62,050 nt of DNA from the NCBI GenBank assembly GCA_038063195.1, contig JBBTVO010000011.1:1-62050 (forward strand). The letters are read 5' to 3'. How positions within the stretch are numbered: position 1 is the first letter of the stretch; every line of letters begins with the position of its first letter. Below the pieces are notes generated by a model. The model saw nothing but the letters and a program-made list of their open reading frames with translations, did not search any database and was not told the origin of the DNA. The DNA comes from Patescibacteria group bacterium. GTDB lineage: Bacteria > Patescibacteriota > Microgenomatia > Levybacterales > UBA12049. Below, one piece after another: positions 25,661-33,604 of this stretch. Position numbers and translations under genes: made by a program.

Positions 25661-26098
25661 ATGAAATTTGAATTCTCAGCAGGCGGTGTTGTTTTTCGAA
25701 AAGCCCATTCGGCAAGCTCAGGGCAAGAAGAAATTTTTATTTTGGTTGCTCAGCATTCCCAGCATCATGGTTGGGTTTTTCCAAAAGGATGGATTGAAAA
25801 GAGTGAAACCAAAGAAGATGCTGCTCTAAGGGAAGTTAAGGAAGAGACAGGCATCATCGGGAGGATCACAAAACCTTTACAACCCGTCACATACTGGTAT
25901 GATCTTGAACGAGTAAAAATAAAAAAGACTGTTTATTATTTTCTGATGGAATTTGCCGGAGGAAATACTGAGGAACATGACGATGAGATGGAAAACGTAG
26001 AATGGATGCCCAAAAAAGAAGTTTTGGAAAAATTAACATATAAATCAGATAAGGAGGTTTGGGTTCAGGCAGAAAGAATATTAGCAACTAGCCACTAG
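25661..26098 (+). CDS. NUDIX hydrolase
   Basis: Nudix box GWVFPKGWIEKSETKEDAALREVKEETG. The ATG at 25661 is used because the upstream ORF extension only translates the tRNA genes. Confidence 0.85.
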   Translation: MKFEFSAGGVVFRKAHSASSGQEEIFILVAQHSQHHGWVFPKGWIEKSETKEDAALREVKEETGIIGRITKPLQPVTYWYDLERVKIKKTVYYFLMEFAGGNTEEHDDEMENVEWMPKKEVLEKLTYKSDKEVWVQAERILATSH

Positions 26099-26110
26099 TT
26101 ACTAGTCGCT
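26081..26110. repeat. CTAG-rich repeat (contains ACTAGCCACTAG)
   Basis: ttagcaactagccactagttactagtcgct. Supplies the last codons and stop of the NUDIX gene. Inverted copy at 26933-26962. Confidence 0.8.
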
Positions 26111-26120
26111 GTTTTACTTG

Positions 26121-26207
26121 CGGTGGGACCGGGATTCGAACCCGGGATAATCTTACGACCATACACGCTTTCCAAGCGTGCTCCTTAAACCACTCGGACA
26201 CCCCACC
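26121..26207 (-). tRNA. tRNA-Ser(GGA)
   Basis: Minus strand GGTGGGG...CACGC-TTGGAAA-GCGTG, long variable arm, CCGGG-TTCGAAT-CCCGG-TCCCACC-G. Confidence 0.85.
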
Positions 26208-26218
26208 CGTTTCCCGAT

Positions 26219-26593
26219 TTAAATTACTTTAATATCGTATTTTTTGATTTTCCTATCGTCTGTAAGAAGCGTAAGCCCTTCGGCTTTTGCCTGAGCAATA
26301 AGCATTCTGTCAAACGGATCATTGTGATAAATAGGAAGTTTTCCTAAATTTAGAACATGAGAAAGATTTATGGATAATAATTCAAAACCAGAAAAAGACA
26401 CCATTTCCGTTATTGTAGTTTTTAAAGGTAACTTTCCTGCAGTATTTTTAATGCTTATTTCCCAAAGAGTAGCAATGCTGACATAGATATGGCTATTTGG
26501 ATCTTTTAATATTTTCTGCGTTGACTTGTTGAGCTTCTTATCTTCGCTTAACCACCAAATAAAAATATGAGTATCTACCAGATAACTTTCCAT
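26219..26593 (-). CDS. vapC: type II toxin VapC (PIN domain)
   Basis: 124 aa. YLVDTHIFIWW N-terminus and the spacing of acidic residues are typical of PIN toxins. Follows the antitoxin gene. Confidence 0.8.
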   Translation of the reverse strand: MESYLVDTHIFIWWLSEDKKLNKSTQKILKDPNSHIYVSIATLWEISIKNTAGKLPLKTTITEMVSFSGFELLSINLSHVLNLGKLPIYHNDPFDRMLIAQAKAEGLTLLTDDRKIKKYDIKVI

Positions 26594-26601
26594 ATCTTAG
26601 G

Positions 26602-26835
26602 TTATTTACCATAAAACATTTTGTTTATTTCGGGATCTTCGTCTGTAAAGTTATCCGGCATAAAAATTTTCCCCTTCAAAAGCCCTGGCTTGCGGGGCTT
26701 TAATGGCTTCTTGTAGCCGATCAATTTCGCGACAGGTTTCCCTGCCTTTGCAATTATTACATTCTCGCCAGCAGCCACCTGCTCAATGAGTTTTGACAGA
26801 TTTGTTTTTGCCTGATGAATATTTATTATCTGCAT
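26602..26835 (-). CDS. Phd/YefM-type antitoxin
   Basis: 77 aa. MQIINIHQAKTNLSKLIEQVAAGENVIIAKAGKPVAKL is typical of the prevent-host-death family. Confidence 0.8.
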   Translation of the reverse strand: MQIINIHQAKTNLSKLIEQVAAGENVIIAKAGKPVAKLIGYKKPLKPRKPGLLKGKIFMPDNFTDEDPEINKMFYGK

Positions 26836-26932
26836 AAATTATTTAATTAGCTAACTTAGCTAAGTATAATAAAAAACTTATTTTATGTCAACATTGCCGA
26901 TCAAAAAATTAAAAAATACGACATTTCAACAA

Positions 26933-26962
26933 TCTAGCTAACTAATCGCTAGTGGCTAGTCT
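26933..26962. repeat. CTAG-rich repeat, inverted copy (contains CTAGTGGCTAGT)
   Basis: tctagctaactaatcgctagtggctagtct. The 14-mer tcgctagtggctagt recurs at 32197-32210. Confidence 0.8.
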
Positions 26963-27009
26963 CTAAATTCCTTGACAAGGTCTTGAAAATATATCAGACT
27001 AAGGTAGGA

Positions 27010-28704
27010 ATGAAATTTTCTGCCCTAAAGTTACTTCTTTTTTTCTTTTCTATTTTCGTTCTTTTGGGATTTCTGGTAAAACCTGCTCAAGCCCAAACAG
27101 ATTACGAGACCCAGCCTTCTTCATCCGCTCCTACCTCCCAAACAACTACTGGCCATTACACTGCTCCGAACACTGAGGATGATGTACCGAACAATCTTCA
27201 CACATACTCTCAAAACGTGCTTATTGAGGTAATGGCGGCAGTTGCCTGCCAGCTTACAGGAATTGATCCCAGTAACCTTTCTCAAAAATGTCTGGGAATA
27301 AATCCTTCGACCGGAAAGATCGGGTATGCAGGAAGTGACGGAGGAGCGATAGGCTTTATGGGAAATATGATTGCGGTACTCTATGAACCTCCTGCACACG
27401 TCGGAGATTATGTTCAAAATCTTGCTCAGGATTTCGGAATAACCAATAAAACATACGCAAGACAGATAGATATCGTGCCTACTCTGAAAAAACCTTCAAC
27501 CACAGCAGATACCAGGGGAATTGGCTTTGAGGGATTAAGTCCTCTGCTGAATATTTGGAAAGCTTTTAGAGATATTGCTTATCTTCTATTTGTGCTCGTA
27601 TTTATTATATTGGGTGTTGCGATAATGCTGAGGGTAAAAATAGACCCCCGAACTGTAATGAGCATACAAAATCAAATACCCAAAGTTATCATTGGCATCT
27701 TGCTTGTGACATTTTCTTTTGCAATTGCAGGATTTCTTATTGACGTTATGTGGATTGCTATCTATCTTTTTTACGGTGCGTTCGCAAATATTAATATTGC
27801 ACCAGAGGGGGCACCCGCTGTCCTTCTTGATGTTTCTCAATTTAGCCCTCAAAACATAACTGGGACCACTCCTCTCGGGGCAATCGGAGGATTTGGAGGA
27901 ATAGGTGATTTATCAAGAGATGGTTCGGGTGCTATTAAAAGTGTTATCTCAAGCCTTTTCAGCAATAGTGCTGGATCAATTGTTGCTGCAATATTAGGAG
28001 GACTAATAGGAACTGCAAGCTGTGCCGCTACAGGACTTGGGCTCTTGATTTCACCTATCTGCGGTCTGATAGGAGCTGGAGCTGGGGCAGCTATTGGAGG
28101 GAGCTTAATATCCACCATTGGAGGATTTATTGCATTTATAATTATTGCGGTAGCACTTCTTTGGGCGCTTATCAGGGTTTGGTTTATTCTTCTTATGGCT
28201 TATATAATGATCCTACTTGATGTGGTATTTGCGCCATTCTGGATCATAGGAGGAATATTTCCCGGAAGCAAGATAAGCTTTAGTGGATGGCTTCGTGATC
28301 TCGTAGGTAACTTGGCTGCGTTTCCTGCAGTTTTTGTTATGTTCTTGCTTGGCAAAACTTTTATTGTCGCTTTTGCCAGCGGTCCGGGAGAAGCGTCTAA
28401 TTTCCTACCGCCATTTATAGGAAACCCTACCGATTACAAGTCGTTTGGAGCCCTGATCGGTCTTGGGATAATTCTTACGACTCCCAATGCTGTCAAGATG
28501 ATGAAGTCAGTCTTTGGCGCTCCACAAATCGATGTCTCTTCAATAGGTCAGGCAGTTAGCGCGGGGGCTGCGGCTCCGGGACGTCTAATTGGCGGAGGTG
28601 CATCTGCTATCTTTACTCCTCACTATAATAAAGAAGGTACTAAATTTGTTTATCCAGGTGGTCCACTTGGAAAAGCTATTAGGGCATTTGGTCTGGTACG
28701 TTGA
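27010..28704 (+). CDS. polytopic membrane protein, candidate VirB6/TrbL-like T4SS channel component
   Basis: Signal peptide MKFSALKLLLFFFSIFVLLGFLVKPAQA after an aaggtagga RBS. At least six hydrophobic helices and Gly-rich loops. Assignment rests on architecture and position only. Confidence 0.5.
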   Translation: MKFSALKLLLFFFSIFVLLGFLVKPAQAQTDYETQPSSSAPTSQTTTGHYTAPNTEDDVPNNLHTYSQNVLIEVMAAVACQLTGIDPSNLSQKCLGINPSTGKIGYAGSDGGAIGFMGNMIAVLYEPPAHVGDYVQNLAQDFGITNKTYARQIDIVPTLKKPSTTADTRGIGFEGLSPLLNIWKAFRDIAYLLFVLVFIILGVAIMLRVKIDPRTVMSIQNQIPKVIIGILLVTFSFAIAGFLIDVMWIAIYLFYGAFANINIAPEGAPAVLLDVSQFSPQNITGTTPLGAIGGFGGIGDLSRDGSGAIKSVISSLFSNSAGSIVAAILGGLIGTASCAATGLGLLISPICGLIGAGAGAAIGGSLISTIGGFIAFIIIAVALLWALIRVWFILLMAYIMILLDVVFAPFWIIGGIFPGSKISFSGWLRDLVGNLAAFPAVFVMFLLGKTFIVAFASGPGEASNFLPPFIGNPTDYKSFGALIGLGIILTTPNAVKMMKSVFGAPQIDVSSIGQAVSAGAAAPGRLIGGGASAIFTPHYNKEGTKFVYPGGPLGKAIRAFGLVR

Positions 28705-28706
28705 TC

Positions 28707-31688
28707 TTATTTTCTACCAGCAGCTCCCTTTGCTCCTGATATTTCATACGCCTCTGAGAATAGAGCTGTAAGTAAAAAGATAAAGAAAGACATTCCTCTT
28801 CTGGCTGACTGTGGAAGAAGCCCAAGCTGAAGTTTTTTCTCAAGTCCTTTCCAGAGCGTCGGATCGCCATTCATTAGAGTGTTTATTTCATCCGCCTTTG
28901 CTCTTGCAGTATCGCGGCTTATAGGCGTTGCTTGTGGACCAAAAATTCTTTCAATTTTTGATATAGGTCTTCTGAATATTCCTTTTGATATACCCAGGCT
29001 GTCTGACATTAGATCCTGAAGAGAAGCTATAAGAAATGTGCCTCTGGTGAACCTTATACACTTTGCTCTCCCAGGTTCTCCATTATACTGGCTTACTGCA
29101 TCACCAAAAGCTCTTGCTGCTTTGTCATTTTCCTCATCGTGCTCGACATTCTTCATAAATCCAACAAGACTCTGTCCTGCTTTCATTCCGTTTGCGGTAT
29201 CATTCCAGATTCTTACATAGGCATCTCCGCCCTTATCTGTCCCAAACATCTTTGAAAGCGGCACTATTCCTCTTTCTTTTTCCTCATCGCTTACCAACTC
29301 AAGCCTATCAAGCAATGCATCGTCAACGGTTAAAGTACGGTTATAAATATCCTCAAATTTAGTACTAGTCATAAGCTGATCAATCATTTTGTTATCCGTT
29401 ATATACTTTTGCATTGCTGCAAATATCCCTACTGCATCACTTACCGCTTCTTCACTACCCATTATCTTGAGAAAAGATGCTTTTTGTTCGTCAGTTAGAG
29501 TTGCTAAGTTAATTTGTTCAGGGGCCCACTTTTTCTTCCCAGCCGGGTTGCCTTCATCATCCAATACATCTATCTCTTTTCTAAAATATTCTTCCCTTAG
29601 CATTCTTATCGCCGCTCCGTATTTGTCTTTAAACTTGGTATATGCAGTGATCTTCCCCATATCAGGATGCTCTTCATCATTTTTGTTTATCAAACGGTTA
29701 TGTTCTTTTTCTTCGTCTGTAAGCCTCAGGTAGTCATCCACACCTTCAAGTTGTGCGTAAAGACCTTCCAGTTGGCCATTGTCTCTTTCTTTAAAAAGCC
29801 TTATTATTTCTTCCGGCCGATAGCCAGCTATTTTGTCCCATATTTGCGCCCTTGCTCTAACTCTTTCCCTACCTTCACCAATTCTAGGATCTTTAAGTCT
29901 TAAAAATAGCCCAAAATCCTGTGCATTTTCAAATCTGCTTTCTATTGACTTAAGTATTCCTTGTACCCTCCAGCTAGATGAGAAAAAGTCAGGAACAAGG
30001 AAAAGATCTCTAAAGAGCCTCGTCCCAAGCTCAATCTTATCCTCTCTGCTCATAGACCAGGTGCTTTTCCCTCTTGTTTTAAGATCTTCATCTGCCATGT
30101 CTATTTTCGTCTCATCTAAATACTTTCGTTCATCTTCAGTGTAGAGTCCGAATTTTGCTGTAAGAAGATCCTCAAGGTTATAGACATTAAGAGGCCCCCC
30201 CACAGCATCTGAAAAGTAAGCATCTGCGCCTTGCAAATGTTTTCCTCTTGCAGTAATAACTGCCTGACGCTGGGACGAAACGAAGACATCATAAGCTGTG
30301 CCTATTGCTCTTTTTATCTCTCCTTCCATCTCTGCCTGATTTTTTTCAGCGCTGAAGAAAATTCCAATCCCTCTTCCCGCCATATCTATCTGCTCTTTAA
30401 TTAGTTTATCCTGCAGCTTTGCTTGCATCTCAGGTGTTACATGGTTTCTCTCAGCCTTAAGTCTCTCGTTCTCAAGTAGCTCGTCAAATCTGTTAAACAT
30501 TGCCCCTACCTTCCCATCCTCAAAGCTCATACCTGTAAATAGTCCATGAACCTGAAGATTATAAGATTCCTGCTGTATTTGCTCTATGCTTCTATAACCT
30601 ATAGCTGATCGCATTTTTAATAAGTTAAGTCTGATTATTTGTAGTTTTTCAAATTCCTGTAAGCTTTTATTAAGCCTATCTGCTTCACCGGTATTACCTG
30701 TATCAGCTTCTACTGCCGCCTTTTCTTTAAGAATTCTCATAGCCTCACTTGCCTGTTGCAAAATACTGTTTACAATAGGTGAGTCAAATGCCTGTCCTTC
30801 GGCGGCGATACGGTATATAACGTCAAACTGACTATTCAACCAGGCTATTGGGTCTCTAGCGATAGCCTCTATTGCAGGCTGGCTTATGTAAAGACTGCTC
30901 GTTTCCCTTCTTCTCTCTTCCATGGCAGTTCTTTCATCAGCTCTAGTATTTGCTATCTTCTCATTTATTTTCTGCAATAGCATATCTCGATCAGCTTCTT
31001 GTCCTAGTGTAACTGTCATTGCTGCTACCTGATCGTGGATATCCGTGAGCCTATCTGAGGATACACCAAGACTTGCAAGATTATTATTGTATCGCTCGCC
31101 AATAGCCTGTATTCCTGCGTCTCCGATACCACTGATATCTATGGCGGACGGGCGTGGTCCTCCCGCAGCCATAGTCCCGGGGCCCATACTAAGCGGCTCT
31201 GGTTGTAAATGGCTGTTTGTTGCTCTCAGGATTAGTTTCCCAATATCCGCTCCTCTGTCTTGGAGCTCTGCTAACATTCCCCACCCTACCTGCTGGGCTT
31301 CAGAAGCAATACCTTCTCTCTCAAAACCTTCTGCATGTCCCATTGCTAGGCGTTGTCTCTCAGTAAGTAATTTTACGTAGGCGTCTTCAAGGTCAGCATC
31401 TGACCATTTATTAAGAGGGTTAATTTCTAACTTAGCTTTTAAATCTGCTGCGAATTCTTTAAGAATCGGGGTTTTTATATTCTCAAGGTCTGGTGATGCC
31501 CATTTTGGAGACTCGATAGGTGGCGTTTCCTGAATACTAGAACTTTTTATAGGTGGTCTCTCTGACTTACCTTGATCCATGAAAATATTTCCTCTTACAT
31601 CAAGTGTAGGAACAACCGGCGGGGTTGTCAAATCCGCCGAAGGCGAGACAGGCTTATTAAATTGTGCTCGAACTTCAAATTCTTTCAT
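28707..31688 (-). CDS. 993-aa tail-anchored protein of unknown function
   Basis: Long uninterrupted ORF. Pro-rich N-terminus, largely helical/charged body, single C-terminal TM helix (MSFFIFLLTALFSEAY). No NTPase or relaxase motifs seen. Confidence 0.7.
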   Translation of the reverse strand: MKEFEVRAQFNKPVSPSADLTTPPVVPTLDVRGNIFMDQGKSERPPIKSSSIQETPPIESPKWASPDLENIKTPILKEFAADLKAKLEINPLNKWSDADLEDAYVKLLTERQRLAMGHAEGFEREGIASEAQQVGWGMLAELQDRGADIGKLILRATNSHLQPEPLSMGPGTMAAGGPRPSAIDISGIGDAGIQAIGERYNNNLASLGVSSDRLTDIHDQVAAMTVTLGQEADRDMLLQKINEKIANTRADERTAMEERRRETSSLYISQPAIEAIARDPIAWLNSQFDVIYRIAAEGQAFDSPIVNSILQQASEAMRILKEKAAVEADTGNTGEADRLNKSLQEFEKLQIIRLNLLKMRSAIGYRSIEQIQQESYNLQVHGLFTGMSFEDGKVGAMFNRFDELLENERLKAERNHVTPEMQAKLQDKLIKEQIDMAGRGIGIFFSAEKNQAEMEGEIKRAIGTAYDVFVSSQRQAVITARGKHLQGADAYFSDAVGGPLNVYNLEDLLTAKFGLYTEDERKYLDETKIDMADEDLKTRGKSTWSMSREDKIELGTRLFRDLFLVPDFFSSSWRVQGILKSIESRFENAQDFGLFLRLKDPRIGEGRERVRARAQIWDKIAGYRPEEIIRLFKERDNGQLEGLYAQLEGVDDYLRLTDEEKEHNRLINKNDEEHPDMGKITAYTKFKDKYGAAIRMLREEYFRKEIDVLDDEGNPAGKKKWAPEQINLATLTDEQKASFLKIMGSEEAVSDAVGIFAAMQKYITDNKMIDQLMTSTKFEDIYNRTLTVDDALLDRLELVSDEEKERGIVPLSKMFGTDKGGDAYVRIWNDTANGMKAGQSLVGFMKNVEHDEENDKAARAFGDAVSQYNGEPGRAKCIRFTRGTFLIASLQDLMSDSLGISKGIFRRPISKIERIFGPQATPISRDTARAKADEINTLMNGDPTLWKGLEKKLQLGLLPQSARRGMSFFIFLLTALFSEAYEISGAKGAAGRK

Positions 31689-31772
31689 GCGCTGAGTGTA
31701 TAGGAAGAGCAGGCGGAGTACTTGACGTTTACATTACAGCTTCCTGACGATATACTTACAATAGAATTAAAC

Positions 31773-31817
31773 AGCAACTAGCAGGCTAGCAATTAGCCAC
31801 TAGTTATTAGGCACTAG
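31773..31817. repeat. CTAG-rich repeat upstream of a four-helix-bundle gene
   Basis: agcaactagcaggctagcaattagccactagttattaggcactag. Confidence 0.75.
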
Positions 31818-31821
31818 AATT

Positions 31822-32202
31822 ATGAAAATAACATCCTACAGAGAGCTGATTGTATGGCAGAAATCAATGGATTTAGCAACTTTAATATTTAACATAACTA
31901 AGTCTTTCCCTGCTTCTGAGCAGTATGGACTTACAAATCAAATAAGAAGGGCTTGTTTTTCAATCCCATCAAACATAGCAGAGGGATTTTGTAGAGGCGG
32001 TAGGCCAGAATTCAGACAATTCCTGCAAATCGCATTTGCATCCGGAGCAGAGCTTGAAACAGAACTGGAAATAGCTAAAAACATTGGAATATTACAAGAT
32101 AAAGATTATAAAATTTTAATTTCAAAGCTTGATGAAATCATGCGAATGCTGAATAAAATGATCAGAACTGTTAGAGATAATCAGAAACAATCTAGTCGCT
32201 AG
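31822..32202 (+). CDS. four-helix-bundle protein (23S rRNA intervening-sequence protein family)
   Basis: YRELIVWQKSMDLATLIF...FPASEQYGLTNQIRRACFSIPSNIAEG is the family signature. Confidence 0.85.
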   Translation: MKITSYRELIVWQKSMDLATLIFNITKSFPASEQYGLTNQIRRACFSIPSNIAEGFCRGGRPEFRQFLQIAFASGAELETELEIAKNIGILQDKDYKILISKLDEIMRMLNKMIRTVRDNQKQSSR

Positions 32203-32221
32203 TGGCTAGTTGCTAATCGCT
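32191..32221. repeat. CTAG-rich repeat downstream of the four-helix-bundle gene (inverted relative to 31773-31817)
   Basis: tctagtcgctagtggctagttgctaatcgct contains CTAGTGGCTAGT, the reverse complement of ACTAGCCACTAG. Confidence 0.8.
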
Positions 32222-33604
32222 ATGGAAGCTACACATTTCGAATCTCTATATCCAGCACAGTCCCGCTTTGACGAGATTGAGAAAATACTTAAATTTGCCA
32301 GAGAAGGGAAATCTTCTCAGCTTGTGGGGCTTCCCGGAGTAGGTAGGTCAAATACTCTTGGGCTTTTAAGCTACAACAAGAATATAAGAAAGAAACATTT
32401 GGGCGAAAATCAGAAATGGTTTCATTTTGTCTCCTGCGATTTTTCAGAAATCCGCAAGAAGCCTGTCTCTGATGCGATGAAATTTATATTCCTGCGCCTT
32501 GCTGATTCGCTTCGCGAAAGAAAAATATTAAAAAACGCAGAATCTGAATTCGCAGGAGAAGGCTCTTTTGAGCAGATTGATAAAATTTTTAAAGAATCTG
32601 CCGCGACAAATGACGAGATGGTTCTTTTTCAGGGTCTCAAGCGCGCAATAGACTTCCTTTGTATTGAAAAAGAGCTGACAATTGTATTCTTGTTCGACAG
32701 ATTTGAAGAATATATTCCAATGCTTACTCCCGAGTTTTTTGCAAACTTAAGGGTCTTGAGAAACCGCGCAAAGTACAGATTCTCAGTAGTATTTTCTCTT
32801 AATAGACCCCTTGAAGAACTTATCGAGCCCATACTTTTTGCCGATTTCTATGAATTTCTTGCAGATAATATTGTCTATCTTCCTATTTTGGATAAACCCG
32901 GCTTAGATTTCAGGATTTCTTATCTCGAAAAAGTGACAATGAAACAATTGAACAATGAAACAATTGAACAAGTCCTTTTACTAACCGGCGGACACGGGAA
33001 GCTTACAAGACTCAGTCTGGAAACAATATTAGCAACTAGCGACTGGCCACTAGCAACTAGTGAAAAACTGCAAGAGTTTCTGTTGGAGCAAAAAAGCGTA
33101 AAAGCAAGTCTATACGAGATATGGATATCGCTAATTCCGGAGGAACAATTACTGCTAGCGTCTAGAGAAAAGCGTTTAGCGTTTAGTTTTTCAGGTAGTT
33201 CCTACTTAGAGAAAATTGGACTTCTTAAAAATGAAGTAATAACTATTCCCCTTTTTGAAGAATTTATCTCAACCCTACTTCGTCAAGACTCCGGAAGGGC
33301 ACAGCAAATATCTTTTGATCAGAACACAAATGAGATCAAAATGGGCGAAACAGCTCTGTCTGATTCTTTAACTTCATCTGAATTCAAGCTTCTTAAATTT
33401 CTTCTTGATAATCCAGACAAACTAATCGAACGGGAAGAAATAATTAAGGCCGTATGGAAAGATGAAAAGACCACAGAAGGAGTCACAGACCAGGCACTTG
33501 ACCAGCTTATATTCCGCCTTCGCAAAAAAATTGAAGTTGATCCAAATAATCCTGTCCACCTCCAAACCTTAAAAGGCAAGGGGATAAGGTTTAGCAATCG
33601 CTAG
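32222..33604 (+). CDS. P-loop NTPase-like domain fused to an OmpR/PhoB-type winged-helix DNA-binding domain
   Basis: Walker-A-like GLPGVGRSN (Arg where Lys is expected), Walker-B-like IVFLFDRFEE. C-terminal LTSSEFKLLKFLLDNPDKLIEREEIIKAVW...ALDQLIFRLRKKIE...LQTLKGKGIRF matches trans_reg_C. The ATG at 32222 is preferred over the TTG at 32210. Confidence 0.75.
   Translation: MEATHFESLYPAQSRFDEIEKILKFAREGKSSQLVGLPGVGRSNTLGLLSYNKNIRKKHLGENQKWFHFVSCDFSEIRKKPVSDAMKFIFLRLADSLRERKILKNAESEFAGEGSFEQIDKIFKESAATNDEMVLFQGLKRAIDFLCIEKELTIVFLFDRFEEYIPMLTPEFFANLRVLRNRAKYRFSVVFSLNRPLEELIEPILFADFYEFLADNIVYLPILDKPGLDFRISYLEKVTMKQLNNETIEQVLLLTGGHGKLTRLSLETILATSDWPLATSEKLQEFLLEQKSVKASLYEIWISLIPEEQLLLASREKRLAFSFSGSSYLEKIGLLKNEVITIPLFEEFISTLLRQDSGRAQQISFDQNTNEIKMGETALSDSLTSSEFKLLKFLLDNPDKLIEREEIIKAVWKDEKTTEGVTDQALDQLIFRLRKKIEVDPNNPVHLQTLKGKGIRFSNR
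33029..33062. repeat. CTAG-rich repeat embedded in-frame in the NTPase-wHTH gene
   Basis: ttagcaactagcgactggccactagcaactagtg encodes LATSDWPLATS. Same word family as 26081-26110. Confidence 0.75.

Noticed and set aside
25476-25715. 79-aa minus-strand ORF and the first 46 codons of the 191-aa plus-strand ORF (25523-25660)
   Set aside because: Both simply read through the tRNA-Arg and tRNA-Ser genes. The NUDIX protein starts at 25661.
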